Assembly: GCA_951406725.2 (NCBI GenBank)
Contig: OX597825.1
Coordinates: 29,636,001 to 29,700,000 of the forward strand
Direction: 5' to 3'
DNA: 64,000 nucleotides
DNA from: Octopus vulgaris
Lineage: Eukaryota
Below, in pieces: positions 1 through 14,580 of the stretch. The notes below the pieces were generated by a model, which worked only from the letters and a program-made list of their open reading frames with translations, had not been told where the DNA came from and did no database searches. Within the stretch, counting starts at the first letter, position 1, and every line of letters starts with the position of its first letter. The position numbers and the translations under genes were made by a program.

Positions 1-559
1 CAGCACCATCATCATCATCATCATCCTCCTCCTCATCATCATCATCATCGTCATTATCATAGATCATATGAAACTAGGACATATTTTTAATGGTTGGATA
101 GTTGATATCACTAAATACAAAAAAAAAAAAAATAATAATAATAATAATACAACTCATCCTTTTGAGAAAAGAATCAATAGTTAATATTTCCACCACATCT
201 TTAAGGAAGTCAAGATCAATAACAATGATTACAGAGTTACTACGAATGAACCAACTCTACCTTAGTCTATTAATCTATTAATTTACGCAGACTGATAGAG
301 TAGCAAAACTGTTTTAGTTTCTTCTGGCACAATAATCAAAAGTATTCAAGGACTTTAGTAAGAAGCATTTTTATTCTTGTTATCAGTTCTACAAAACAGC
401 TCTTATATCTCACCATTCGTATCCTTTTATATATAATTTTCCTCTTGTTTTATCCTTTAAGTATCTTAAGCTTTCTTTTCTGCACAGCTTTGCTTTGCTT
501 GTCTTGGTCTTTCTCTTTTTCTTCCCCATTTCTCTCTGCCTCTTTCTCTCCCTCTCTCT

Positions 560-613
<54 letters not shown>

Positions 614-713
614 GTCTATCTATATTTCTGTCTATCCATCTATCTGTCTATCCATCTGTCTGTCTATGTATGTATGTATGTATATATGTATCTATCTATC
701 TATCTATCTATCT

Positions 714-1003
714 ATCCCTCTCTCTTTCTCATCAATTCATTTTTCTTTTTCTTTCCTCCTTTCTTTTTTCTAGCTTAATGGTTACATTCTCATTCTCCTT
801 CTCTCTCTCTCTCATTATCTGTCTGTCTATCTATCTATCTATCTATCTGTCTATGTATGTATGTATGTACCTGTACCTACCTACCTACCTACCTACTACC
901 TACCTACCTATCTACCTATCCCTCTTTCTCATCAATTCATTTTCTCTTTCTTTCCTCCTTTCTTTTTGCCAGCTTTATTGGTTACATTCTTATTCTCATT
1001 CCC
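714..1003 (+). repeat. Local ~200-bp-period direct duplication
   Basis: ctttctcatcaattcattt...ggttacattct(c/t)attctc at ~724-797 recurs at ~924-997, each copy preceded by (TCTA)n/(TATG)n. Confidence 0.8.
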
Positions 1004-1053
<50 letters not shown>

Positions 1054-1813
1054 CTAATCAGTCAATTAATCAATTGTAGTAATGAACTTGACTTATCTCA
1101 TAATCTCTCATTCTACTGAAGTCCTTCAAATTTCTCACTCAACTGACACACATAATTGCTTCCGGGAAGATGGCAGGTACATTTTTCAAATACAGTATAA
1201 TGGATACATCAAATGATTTCAATATCATTCCATGTTTACACATACATATGCATGCTCACACACTCACATATATGTGCAAACATGCAGATATATGTTCTAT
1301 ATATCTATATACATAAATACATTCATACATATATATATACGTGCATGCATATGTATATATGTATGTAAGTATATATATATACACACATATATATATGTTT
1401 ATATATGTATATATATAAATGTATTGACATATATGTTGTTGTATCTCTTGAGGGTCATTATGCCAATAAAGAACACATGCATAGTTCTGTTTCTTTTCTT
1501 TTATCAATATTAGTCAACTAGTTATCCATTTAACCAATTGACTTATTGACCATTCAATTACTGGTTTGGTTACTCAGTCAATTGGCTGATAAATGGCTTA
1601 CTAGTTGACTAATAATAAAATAAGAAGTGAAATAGAACCAGTACATGTGTTTATTAGTGGCAGAGAGTGATCCTCCCAAAATACACTAAAATCTGTGTCA
1701 AAATCCAAGCTTACATTAAAAATTCTTGTAAATGAAATACAAAAACAAAATATTGATATATGTGTGTGTATACACATACATTTATGTATACATACATTTA
1801 CATACATAACTGC

Positions 1814-1844
<31 letters not shown>

Positions 1845-1849
1845 AAAAC

Positions 1850-2133
1850 TCAGTTCCATCAGTCACAAATTACCATGGGTGCACCTAAGATTTCCCTCTG
1901 GGTACAAGTCTGGGTGGAAAGTTACCTCACCGGCAAATGCACAACCTAGGGTTGTTTTTATGGAAGACCAGCAGTGATGATGCAACTCATTTCTATGGCT
2001 GAGTAAACTGGAGCAATGTGAAATAAACTGTCTTGCTCAAGAACACACGATGCAGCCTGGTGTGGGAATCGAACTCACAACCTCATGATCGTAAGCTCAA
2101 CACTTTCTCTATCCACTGAGCCACGTGCCTTCA
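1850..2133 (-). mobile_element. tRNA-derived SINE family D
   Basis: Minus strand: gtggctcagtgg..gagttcgattccc..gtgttcttgagcaagaca. Confidence 0.8.
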
Positions 2134-2138
2134 CACTG

Positions 2139-2171
<33 letters not shown>

Positions 2172-2322
2172 ATTCTCTCTCCATTTGTTTCCTCTTAATC
2201 CTTTCTATCAAAGAGTGTAGGTGTGAAACATAAAAGACTTTTCCATTCTTCTGAAGCATTAAACTAATACACCTGCTTGTTGCTCATACACCTGTCTTCA
2301 TCGCTTGTTTTCTGTAAATTTG

Positions 2323-2326
<4 letters not shown>
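2172..2326 (+). mobile_element. Microsatellite-embedded pLTR-like fragment with a decayed minimal hammerhead (2201-2236)
   Basis: cttt-CTATCAA-a-gagtgtaggtgt-GAAA-ca-TA^aaag has the same layout as the 34.4-kb motif. It has a similar pyrimidine-rich tail ending ...aact(AT)n. Confidence 0.5.
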
Positions 2327-2377
<51 letters not shown>

Positions 2378-2379
2378 TA

Positions 2380-2415
<36 letters not shown>

Positions 2416-2489
2416 TGTATGTATGTATGTATGTATGTATGTATATATATATATGTGTGTGTATGTATGTATGTATGTATATATATTAT

Positions 2490-2705
2490 CCTCATCATCA
2501 TCATCTTCATTTAGCGTCTGCTTTCTATAGTGACATGGGTTAGATGGTTTGACTGGAACTAGTAAGGAACCGAAGAGCTGCACCAGGTGCCAGTCTGATT
2601 TGGACCTGGCTTCTATGACTGGATGCCCTTCTTAACACCAGCCACTCTAAAAATGTAGTGGCTGTCTTTACTGTGTCACTGATACAGGTGCTTTTATGTG
2701 TCACA
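2490..2705 (-). mobile_element. Family C retroposon
   Basis: Reverse-complement match, with (CAT)n at the left end. Confidence 0.75.
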
Positions 2706-4213
2706 TGAAAGTATCTTTTAAGGACCAAATGCTCAAGACATTAGGACCCCAGTTGAAATTTCATGAGACTGTGTTGCTTCATGAGACATTATCTTTTTTT
2801 ATTATGTATTTACTGTAAACAGACTGACATTCTATGCAGTGTTATGTAGACACCAAATTGTGGGGTGGACTTATTGGTTTGTGACTTTGGCTGTAGTTTT
2901 AGTTCTCAGATAGATATTTTGTATTTAAGCAATAAATGTATGTAATCATAAGTGTTCCAGATCCACTATTCTGTCAATAATCTATAGATCCAGCTTATCA
3001 GGCAGATTTTACTCAAATGGTAACTCCTTCAAGAGAGATTTATCTTTTATCGACATCATGTTACGAAATCTAAAAGCTAGCCCTAAATGTTCTGTCAGAT
3101 GTCTTGGGAGAGACACTTACTATGTCATAACAGAAACACATCATTGAGTAAGAAGCCATAAAAGCCCCCTTTATGATTTGATGTAGATATAACAGTGAGC
3201 ATCCGAGAAGAATGAATTAGAAATATGTTAAAGCAATGAGATGTGAGGTAGAATACATTGACCGATGTTTTGCATGCATTTATTAAATTTGAAGCAGCTT
3301 CATTAGGCTTTTGTTAAGGGTGTGGTCATGAATATCTTATATAAGTAAAAATTTCGTTTCTATTCGTTATTGCTATTTTGCAGTGGTTGTTATTGACTGT
3401 TCACTTTGAATGCAGCATAATAAACCAACATCCTTATGAATTTTTCTTCAAGATTTCTGTGGAAATATGGAAATGCTTCGTATTTGTTATTGTTTCTATT
3501 GTTATTCATCAATTATCGAGCAATATTGTTATGGTTAGTGTACAGTGCTTTCTTAAGTCCACATTCAACAAATATTTTTACAAGAAATTAGGTTCTGTTA
3601 GCATGGTTATGTTTGTCAGAAAATTTCATGAAGTCGATCAATAAAGTCAACAAATATATCATTGATTATTGCAAATTCCTCAACATATATTGGACATTAT
3701 GTCACTACGACATTTTGCAGAACCATATTTGAATACACATCATTTAAAGTTAAGCGTTAGTGAGTGACTTTACTTATTTTTTTGGGAAAAAAAGCGGAAA
3801 AAAAAACGGAAGAGCTTTTCACTCCTTTCCTGCCAATCCAGAATGAAAAATATATTAAACTAACGACAGACAGTTTCCAAAGACTTGCTTTGAAATATAT
3901 GCGTGTATATTCATTTGTTTGTTTACTTATATTTTCCATGTATCCTTACTGTTATGTATACATATATGAAATACGATTCAAAAGAAGTGAAATAGCTACA
4001 ACCTGGAATTGATAACACACAGTAAACTGGCATTTTCTTCTTTCTTACAATCCTTACAATCTAATCTGTCTGTGAAGGTATGAATGATACATTCCTGAAG
4101 CAAAAATGCAAAAAAACTACATTTCATGGTAATATATAATTATAATGTCTCCTTGCAATGTAGTTATAAATAATTAATTTTATGTGTTAGCTACATCTTA
4201 TTTATTAGAAATT

Positions 4214-4630
4214 GAGGACACATGGCTTAATTGTTCAGTTGTTGCACTCATGATCATGAGATCATGTTTTTAATTCCTGGACTGGGTTTTGCATTGTATT
4301 CTTGAGCAAAACCCTTCATTTCATGTTGTTTTGTGATCACTTCAACACCAGACATGTGGTATAATTTATACATGTTCTGACAATGCTGATTTGACGGAGT
4401 GAGTGAGTTAATGTACAGCACAAACACTTGATCACTATAAACTAACCATTTGTGCAGGTGTGGAGGCGTGTGGCTTAGTGGTTAGGTAGTCAGCATCATG
4501 ATTGAAAGATTGTGGTTTCGATTCCTGGACCGGGCGACACGATGTGTTCTTGAGCAAAACACTTCATTTCATGTTGCTCCAGTCCACTCAGCTGGCAAAA
4601 ATGAGTAACGCTGCGTATGGGTGAATCGCC
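4214..4630 (+). mobile_element. Two tandem tRNA-derived family D SINEs (4214-4458 and 4461-4630)
   Basis: Both have tggcttagtggtt..tcgattcctggac heads and gttcttgagcaaaacacttcatttcatgttg cores. Confidence 0.8.
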
Positions 4631-5622
4631 TAGAAATATCATCTTCTTCTTCTTCTTCTTCTCCTCCACTTCTTCCTCCTTCTTCTCTTCCTCCTTCTCC
4701 ATCTTCCTTCTCTCCCACAACTTCTCCTCTCCCATTCTCCCCCTCCCTCTCCCTCCTCATCCATTTTAATCATCACCATGTATCTCGTCTTTGATCTTAC
4801 GTTCACACCATGATATTTTTGGGGGTCCTCATGAAAAGCCTGGTGTATGTGCCATCAGGTGCAGCTAAACTTACTTCTTCATCTGTTTATCACACGAAAT
4901 CTCACTGGCTACTTTTTGCTAATAGGGCAACATCAGTCTAGCTGTGTTTCTGAAATTGAATTAGAAAAAAAAATACTTTTGTCACTTTCAATACATAACT
5001 ATAACAATTGTCAATGCATAAAGTGAGTTGTGTTTATTTAATGAACTTTCATGCTATCTTGTTGAATTTAGCTATGCCTTCCTTGAAAATAATGCATTAT
5101 CTCATTAACTATTGATTGCTATTAATTAAGGATGTCATTTGAAATGTTGTCCAATCCTAATTACTTAGAAAGCTATTAAGAGAAGAAATAGGCATTGCTA
5201 TAGACTCAAATCACTACAAGATATTTATACCTGATTATGGATGTTTCTCATGCCATAACAGTTAAAACTGTTACTGCAACAGAAGAGTCAGCGTGTTGGC
5301 AGTTCTAGGAGATTTCACACTAAATGCCATATTTTATCTTTCCAATGTTGATGAAAATAGCATGCAAAATAAGTGGCTGTGTGCCTCAACAGCAGTAACC
5401 AATCAGAGATGCTGCTTTGAGGCCAAACTAGCATTGGAAGAAAACAGTTGTAAACTGAAACATCAAACATACAAAAGCAACAACTCAAAACCATTATTAT
5501 AGGATTTCTGTCTTTGATGCAGAGAACATACAAAAACACTACTGCATTCAGCTTGTAGTGGCGCATACATCACTCATGTAATCTCTGGTTAATCTTTTTA
5601 TGAACTACTCTAGTTTTTGTAG

Positions 5623-5688
5623 TGTACAGCAGGAGATGGAAAGAGAGAGGCCGGTGGTGTGGAAGAGGAAGAGTTCTCTTCCTGGATG
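5623..5688 (+). other. Candidate small host exon
   Basis: GC-rich 66-nt island between tttttgtAG and GTATGT, open in all three frames. Contains gagATGG (5636) giving MERERPVVWKRKSSLPG. A CCAAT box (aaccaatcag) lies at ~5398. No homology recognised. Confidence 0.25.
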
Positions 5689-6429
5689 GTATGTACATTT
5701 GTCGCTTGTAATTTTCCCAAACTTTCTGCTATGAAGTTTGAAGATGATAACCTGTTACATGAGTAATTAAGTGATTTACTCAATGAAAACTTCTATCGTG
5801 GATTTGAATCCAAAACATATGAAGTTGCAGACAAGTAGCTTATCCACTCAACCAGTTTCACCTCTCGAAGTAGATGGTAATTGATTTTTATTATTCTCTG
5901 TAATAAATCAGCTCACTTTGCAACTGTACATTCTCTTGTTTGCTCTTTTGTAAATCAATGTAAAAACACAATGGTCAACTTGAAAATTTCACTATTGGCA
6001 TGAGGTAAACACTCAAACAAGCTCTTGATAATCCAAGAGTTCTTTAAGGACCTTGTTGTGTAATAGCTGTTTGAAATGTTTTTTAACACAAGTGTTTAGA
6101 TAACAAACACTAAATAAACTTTGTCCCCCCTTAATTTCTCTATCTGACTGATTTCAGTTTGTTTAGCTCCACAGCTGTCATTTTCAGATGTTCTGATGTT
6201 ATAGTATTCACCAGCTGGCTCAAATATTTATTTTCCACACATCGATTCATGATACTGACCTGTCTGCCTGTCTACTGGTCAAGACAGAATAGATATTTGC
6301 TTATGCAAGCATTCTCTAATTCTGTATAGTCCAATAATAATTGGCTAGTCTTCACGTGGTAAAAACTTGAATCAATAATAAAATGGATACTGTCTGCATA
6401 TAATTCATTAAAATATATATATACATATG

Positions 6430-6490
<61 letters not shown>

Positions 6491-7596
6491 TCTATTTTCA
6501 ATATTGATCCACATAGTGATTCTACCTCCTCTTTTTCATTAATGTTTTCTGATAGAACACAGAATTTTCTGTCATTTAGATAGAAACCAAACTTCTGAAA
6601 ATAGCGATTGAGTAGCTATATGATTAATTGTGTTTCTATTAACTACAACGTCTATATATTGTTAACTGAAAACCAGTAAATTGTTTTGATGTTGTTAATA
6701 CAGTGTATAGATGTCTTCAGTTCTGTTCAGATATCAACATATTGTAACTTGGTAAGCCATTTATCTCTGAAAGTTATAAAGAGTAAAAGCATAAGAGAGA
6801 GAAGCAGAGAGAGACAGAGAGAGACAGAGACAGACAGACAGAAAAAGAGAGAGAAAGTGTGCATTAGAAGGTAGGTGAAGGCAAAGGTTTCAACGACTGA
6901 TCTAACTTCATCAATATCTTTTTATAAAATGAGATTAATGTTCAAGATTCCTCTGATAATATCATTAAAAGCTCTATAAAATTCATCTGACACAGCCATT
7001 ATTTATAGTAGTACAACTTTCTGCAGCAAAGTTTCATTATTTCAGATATTTTGCTGATGAACTAGTAAGACTTCAGAGATGTTTCTTTTGAAACAAATAT
7101 CAATTATCTGAGGGGGTGTAGCTGATTAACCATATCATATCAAAAGCTTTACGTACTTACATCTGTTTCACTATTTTTCTTTTTTCTTTTTCAATAATAA
7201 TAGTATTTTTCAAAATAGTTCATAGAATTTTATTTATTTATTTAGTTATTTATTTTGTGCTTGTTGTTTTGAACTTGCGTTCTTTTGTCTGAGCACTGCA
7301 TTGACACTGTGAGGCTGTTATTGGCTCAAACAGAAGAGATGTGAAGAGATAAGCCATTATGCTATTGGACAACCAGTCAAGTCATTAGCATATTTATACC
7401 CTTTCACTATTACTGTGTGTTCGTTGGTCAAAACAACTTTGAATGGCTAAATAAATTTACTTAATTGTAAACAGGTAACACTATGTTATTTGGTTCTCTG
7501 CTCGGTGAAGCAGAATTGTGTTTTGTTAGCATACAGTATTATGATCAGGTCCTTCTATGAGATTAAGCCAGGTTAGAGAGAAACCTCTGAACTATA

Positions 7597-7810
7597 CTTA
7601 TTTCTTTACTGCTCACAAGGGAACAAACAAGGACAGACAAACGGATTAAGTCGATTATATTGGCCCCAGTAACTGGTACTTATTTAATCGACCCCAAAAG
7701 GATGAAAGGCAAAGTTGACCTCAGCGGAATTTGAACTCAGAACGTAGCAGCAGACGAAATACTGTTAAGCATTTTGCCCGGCGTGCTAACGTTTCTGCCA
7801 GCTTACCGCC
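7597..7810 (-). mobile_element. SINE family B
   Basis: Closely matches 58851-59047. Confidence 0.88.
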
Positions 7811-8401
7811 TGAAAAAGTGTTGGCGGCTAGCTATGAGACTCGAACTCACACCTCGAACTATACTGCTCTAATCATGATGTTATCCCCAATCAAGGGAGA
7901 GCTAATGAAACGAATAAGGGAATGGGCTATAGTGCCTTGATAATTATTCAAAGACAGTGGTTTGCAGTTCAAGGAATAAATAGCTATTAGGCTAAATTCT
8001 GTCTTATTATTGTTAAAAATACTTTAATATAATCATTATGATATCTGTCTGAATTCTTTACAAAACCAAATCCATTAATACCACATATTTATTGAGAATT
8101 TCTTTTTAACCTGGAATAAAATCGAACCATATACGTTTGCCTGAAGGCAAACAAATCTTCTCTCACAATGTATTTCTAAGAATTTGGATAAAACTAAACA
8201 TCAGATTTCTTTTCCATTTTCTCTTTCTGCTGTACCATCAAGTGCAGATGACATGCTTGTTTGCCAAACCAAATCAATTGGTTCATTTCATGCTTTCTTG
8301 GAAAACTACTTGGCAACTATCTTAGTGCTGTCCATTGATATATCTTTGGGCAGCTTTGGAACATACGTTAATTATTTATTCCCACGTACGTTGTCAATCA
8401 T

Positions 8402-8799
8402 TTTTTATCTCTTATCTTTAACGTGTTTCAGTCACTAGACAGTAGCCATACTGGAGCACTGCCTTGAGGAATTTTAGCTGAACAAATCGTTTTCAATACC
8501 ATTTTAAAAAATTTAAGCCTGGTACTTATTTTATTAGTCTCTTTTGCCAAACTGCTAAGTTACAGGGACATAAACACACCAACACAATTTGTCAAGTATT
8601 GGTAGGGACAAACTTAGATACAAATACACACACACATAGATATAAATACGATGGGCTTCTTTCAGTTTCCTTCTACCAAATCCACTCCCAAGGCTTTGAC
8701 CAGCCCAAGGCTATGGTAGAAGACACTTGCCAAGGTGGGTCTGAACTATGAACCATATGGTTGGTAAACAAACTTCTAACCACGCACCCACACCAGTGC
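8402..8799 (-). mobile_element. SINE family A
   Basis: Reverse-complement match to 39072-39470 in head, core and tail. Confidence 0.8.
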
Positions 8800-9107
8800 T
8801 TGTTAATTTTTTTGTATATAATCTTGCTGAGAATTTCTTTCCCTATCAAATATTCGAATTGTAGGATTTTTCTTTGAGATTTCAATTCCTTCCTGTTTTT
8901 GCGAAGAATTATTAGCCAGTTTTAAACCTGTCCAATTTTCAAACATAAAATATTTTGTTGATTAATCATCATTAATGCTGTCAAAAATAATGAAATAAAT
9001 TAATAATTTGTCAAATAGAATTTTAATAATCTTTGTGTTGATTTTTGCTTTTTAAATCTGTATTTAGCATTGTTATTCTCTTCCTACTTCTCCATGCTCT
9101 CCCCCTC

Positions 9108-9142
<35 letters not shown>

Positions 9143-9434
9143 CTCACTATATATAAATACAAATACAAACATATATGCATGTGTGTGTGTGTGTGTGTGT
9201 GTGTGTGATATGCTTTCAGCAAAAATTTAGCATCGAATTTCTAATGTTTTGAATTAACCAAATTTTGAATTTTTACCAATATTCTGGATTCATAAACTAA
9301 TTACTTCATAAAATTAATTTTCTCTCAGAACAAAAATCCTAGGGAGTTTTGTAAATATTCACCAAGATTTATTTAACAAATACTACTCTTATTTACTCAA
9401 GGCCTTGAAAAACTCACTTCTAATTTTACTTTTC

Positions 9435-9528
<94 letters not shown>

Positions 9529-10019
9529 GTCTATCTATCTCTTTCTAATTCCATTGTTTTGTGATTCGTTAGTAGGCAATCATTTATATCGAATGGATAT
9601 TGTGTTTGCATTGCACCGTTTAGCCCCCAGGTGAGGGTTGACTCAGCAGTCACATGGCATACAAATAGTGAGTTGAATAACAAAGAGTGACCTGCAGGTC
9701 AATGTCTCTCTGCCTTGCTGAGGGACACACTGCACACATCAACATATATGGAATGGAGGAGAAAGGCAGTGTGGTAATCAGGACGCATTACATGTTTTGT
9801 GTTGTACAATCAATTACAGTCTATATGAAAATACCGATGCTAGCTGCAGCAGAGTTACTTTGTTGGAAATAATAATGCTGGCCTAGAGCAGCTGAATATA
9901 CACATGTACAGGCATACACACACATATATGTATGCCTCTACATATCTATGATGTATGCATGTATGTGTGTATGTGTGTATATGTGTGTGTATATATATAT
10001 ATATATGTATGTATATATA

Positions 10020-10059
<40 letters not shown>

Positions 10060-10060
<1 letters not shown>

Positions 10061-10289
10061 TAGCTGTGGCCAGTGCCCCCTGACTGGTTCCCGTGCCAGT
10101 GGCATGTAAAAAGCACCCACTACACTCTCAGAATGGTTGGCATTAGGGAAGGCATCCAGCTGTAGAAACATTGCCAGATCAGATTGGAGCCTGGTGCAGT
10201 CACTGGCTTTCCAGACCTCAGTCAAACTGTCCAACCCATGCCAGCATGGAAAAAGGACGATAAAGGATGATGGTGATGATGATGATGAT
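10060..10289 (+). mobile_element. Family C retroposon
   Basis: Matches 47497-47797. Confidence 0.8.
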
Positions 10290-10328
10290 ATACATATATA
10301 TATTTATATACATATATACATATATATA

Positions 10329-11191
10329 CAGTATGCAGTGTATAAACTGTCATTTAAATTGGGAGCAAAAATGGAAATATCCCTGACATCTAATTTTAAC
10401 TGATATATTTATCAAAATTACATTAAAATATCTAGAGAGTAAGTTTATTCAATAACATCCCCATTGACTTCAACCACAGCTGCCAATGACTTCAGAATCT
10501 CTTGCAGCTCTTCTGGACAGTCTCCTTGTTTAAGTTGATGAATGCTGTCATAATCCTTGCCTTCAGTTCATCTTTGGTGTTACAAGGAGTTTTGTTGGTC
10601 TCTCATTCAACTATGTCCCATGCATAATAATCAAGGGCAAGTTAAGTGGCCAGATGTTAGGGATGATGTAGTTACAGAAATTGTCTGACAGCCATGACTG
10701 GGTTCTCTTGCTTATGTGGCATGGTGCCAAGTCCTGTTGCCAGACATAGGGTCTTCCAACAGCTACCCTCTTGACCTAGGGCAGCACTACTTCCTCTAGG
10801 CACTTAATGTAGGCCTCCATGTTAAGTATGAGACTGCGTGCGAAGTTGAATGGAGGAATAACGTTGCCATCACTAGTGATCACTCTAAACACCATGATGT
10901 TGATTGGATATTTTATTTTTATCACTCTTGGTACATGTTCACAAGTTGCACTGTTCTCAGATTGACACTGAAACACTTCGAAATGTTTGTATTGGATCAT
11001 ACAGCACAAATGTCAAGCAGTACAGTATGTCGTTTCCAAATTTCTGGCAGAGTGAATTGTGTCATGGTTTTCCCCACAAACGGTGCCCAACTGGCCCTAC
11101 TATACTGTGTAGTCAACAAAATCAAAAGCATGCAATGTGCATATGTGAAATTAAAAATATAAAATGAAAACAATGAACCCATTGTGCTCTG
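10329..11191 (-). mobile_element. Internally deleted, decayed Tc1/mariner transposon, DD37D (maT-like)
   Basis: The minus strand encodes HVPRVIKIKYPINIMVFRVITSDGNVIPPF..EAYIKCLEEVVLP*, then RPYVWQQD..HIS..TQSWLSDNF..IWP..LDYY remnants. Degenerate TIRs (TA|CAGtatgc..gtcattt and aaatg..ctCTG|TA) with TA flanks. D37D spacing is inferred across a small deletion. Confidence 0.8.
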
Positions 11192-11512
11192 TATATATGC
11201 ATACACACACACACTTACACATGGCCAGCCCTGGTCAAATCATCCAACCCATGGCAGCATGAACAACAGACGCTAAATGATGATGATGATGATGATGATG
11301 ATGACGACGATGATGATGACTCACACAAGTGTACATATACATATATATTATGTATGTGTGCTTGCATGTTGTGCATTCCTAAATACATTACAGTTCAAAA
11401 TGGAAGAGTGGCTACTATTGGTTTTAGTTTGAGGTTAAAACACAGACAAACTTCAGGTCATATGGGCCATCCATCATATATATACACATGCACTTACACA
11501 CACAGACACATG

Positions 11513-11557
<45 letters not shown>

Positions 11558-12927
11558 TACACCCACACATATTATACACACACATGCACATATATATATT
11601 ACATGCAAACACGCAAATATATATTATATACATACATATATATATCTCCATACATATACTTGTACATAATCAAATTGAGAGAAACAATGCCAAAGACTTC
11701 AGAGAAAATAAATATGAGAAAAATCTTAACTAATACAATATGCCAGCAATTTTAGTTAAAAATAAGAATCTGAAATGGTTGGTGCAATGTCGATATGATT
11801 TCATTGCTGTTTCTTCAAAAACACATAATCAGATTTTACTTTATGTGTATTACTAAGATATTCAATAATTCAATTGTATCTGATAGGTTTCTTTTTAGGT
11901 ATTTTTGTTGTTTTTTTTTTGTACTTTTTATTTTTATTTTCATTATTTTTATTTTTTGCCTCAATGGCGCCAAAGAAAGCTTTTCCTCTTTGCAAAACAT
12001 CCAAATATTGCATGAAGGAGGCAGCAAGACATTTTTATCAAAGAATTCCTCTTAAAATAGAAAAACAACAACAAAAAAAAGAAAAGTGTAAAAAAAAAAC
12101 AAAAACAAACCCGTTTGTGTTCCCTTCTGGCATTATTATTATTATTATTATTATTAATTTTTTTTTTTTGGCTTTATTTATTTTCCTTTTATTTTTAGGA
12201 CATTGATTTGAAAGGGATCTGTCTACATCTCTTGACTTCAAAAGTCTAGATGGAAACACAATTCAATGCCATAGAAAACCAATAGCAAAGATGTTGAAAG
12301 TGTTTAGCTATATTCCATTACAGTGATATATCATTGACAATAGAAAACTTACTTACAATTCTTGAAATATTTTGTTCAACAGGCATTAGGTGTAGATTTT
12401 ATTGGTATCTTGGATTTCATCATACTTCTGAACATAAAGCCTGCAGTTACTTATTTCATGTTTTCTATTATTTTTTTATGAATTACAAAGTATAAAACCA
12501 GCTATGTGTAATATTTAATCGCTTATTTATTTTTTTGTATTTTAGTATTTAAAAAACATTTCCCATAATTTCAATTTTAGGCATCTATGTTGTTCAGACG
12601 TCTGTGCTGCAAAGAAGTGCTGCTTATAACTTTGCAATTTATTGATAAATTAAGCTACACACACACATATATATATGTATATATATATATACACACACAT
12701 AGATATACATATATAAGTACATACAGCTATAGATTCATCTATATACATGTATGCATAAATATATATATTTACTCACACAAACACATACACACATATATAT
12801 GCATATATACATACATGTATGTATACATAGCTATGTATTTATATACATGTGTGCGTATGTGTATATATGCATTTACATATATACACACATTAATATACAT
12901 ATATTTATATATAAATATATTTACACA

Positions 12928-12958
<31 letters not shown>

Positions 12959-13390
12959 TTATATATACACACACATTTTGTGAGTTCACTTAACATCTAG
13001 ATTCAATTGTTTTATTTTAGCATGCTATAGGAGAATTAATAATTTCAATGTTAAATTATGTTGGTAGTCAAGTGCAAAAGCTTTGAGAAAACGACTTCCT
13101 ATCAATTGTATCAGACACTATAATTGGAAGAGAAAACTAAAGTGGTACTGGGATATGCATGGTAAGCACTGTTGCAGCATAAAGAAAGCTTATCTCTTAT
13201 GATAATCTATGATAAAAGGCATTTTAACCCTAACTATCCAACTTTTCTTTCCTAATTTTTTAGAAATAGTTACCTAGGACAGCATTTTCTACTGTGACCT
13301 GGCTGTATTTAAAAGGATTATGGTATGAGTTGTGACTGTTTAACTGCTATGTCTAGCTGGTCAGTCAGTGGTGTTAAGGCTCTTGTTTTT

Positions 13391-13793
13391 GTTTACTCTT
13401 TTATTCTTTTATGTGTTTCAGTCATTTGACTGTGTCCATGCTGGAGCACCGCCTTTAGTCGAGCAAATTGACCCCATGACTTATTCTTTGTAAGCCTAGT
13501 ACTTATTCTATCAGTCTCTTTTGCTGAGCCACTAAGTTACAGGGACATAAACACACCAGCATCGGTTGTCAAGCGATGTTGGGGGGAGAAACACAGACAC
13601 ACAAACATATACACACACATATATATACGTATACATATATACAATGGGCTTCTTTTCAGTTTCTGTCTACCAAATCCACCCACAAAGCTTTGGTCAACCT
13701 GAAGCTATGGTAGAAGACACTTGCCCAAGGTGCCACACAGTGGAACTGAACCCGGAACCACACAGCCACTTACCACACAGCCACTCCTGCGTC
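13391..13793 (-). mobile_element. SINE family A
   Basis: Reverse-complement match to 39072-39470. Confidence 0.85.
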
Positions 13794-14029
13794 TATGAAT
13801 ATGCTATTAACTGATTGGGGGAAAGTAGACTAACTAAGTCAGACTAGAGATGAGGTTGTTAGGTCTAACACATAAAAGATGGGTCTCACGAGATCAAGAT
13901 GTAAGGAAAATCTGCTTCCAAACCATGACAGCATGGTAAACTACCTCCTCAAACAATGGGGAAAATTATGGTGATGTACATGTAGCAGAAGTTACATATT
14001 GAAATGTTGGGTGCGGGTAGATGCTGCAT

Positions 14030-14580
14030 AGCATTAGAGCCATATTAGTAAATTCCTTTGAACTGTCATCTATTCGGTTCTTTACCTCAACTGAAGAATT
14101 TCCAACAAACAACAATAAAACTAATTCTTTCTTAGGAAATGCCTTTGCTTGCAATGCCATTTTAAATAATCCTATCACCCTCTGAGTAAGATTTGGCCAC
14201 AGTCCCTATTTTGAGAACTGATTTAGAAATAGTTTTGATGTTATCAGTCTCAGCAGAGGCATGTATCTTACAAGCGAGGCTAGTGAGAAGTTGATTGATG
14301 TAGCTGGAATGAAATCAAAGAGCTTAATCCATTTTGTGTATGTAAACATACTTAATCTTTCCATCAAGATTGTTTTGGTTGTAAAACTTGACTCAAATCA
14401 GAGCACACGATCAAAAACTGAACTATTGAAATTTAAGTCTCCTTAGACAAGTTTTAAGTGTCATACATGAATCACATACTCCATGGTTTAGCTGTAGATA
14501 TCTGATAAACATTCTGTTTCATTCACAATCTAATAATCATCAAATGCAATTATTAATGCAGTTCTACACATCTCATAGCA
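14030..14580 (-). pseudogene. Probable highly decayed Penelope-like RT relic
   Basis: Ordered minus-strand fragments MRCV..IAFDD, FTTK, YTKW, SAETDNIKTI and AFPKKELVLLLFVGNSSVEVKNRI follow the motif order of PLE RT/thumb/linker regions. Many frameshifts. Confidence 0.35.

Noticed and set aside
445-1119. 224-aa ORF and the many YIYI/CVCV/LSLS/THTH ORFs throughout the window
   Set aside because: They are translations of stop-free microsatellites and show no protein motifs.
4461-4535. tRNA gene (and other tRNA-like heads)
   Set aside because: A/B boxes are present, but these are SINE heads continuing into SINE cores without a complete cloverleaf.
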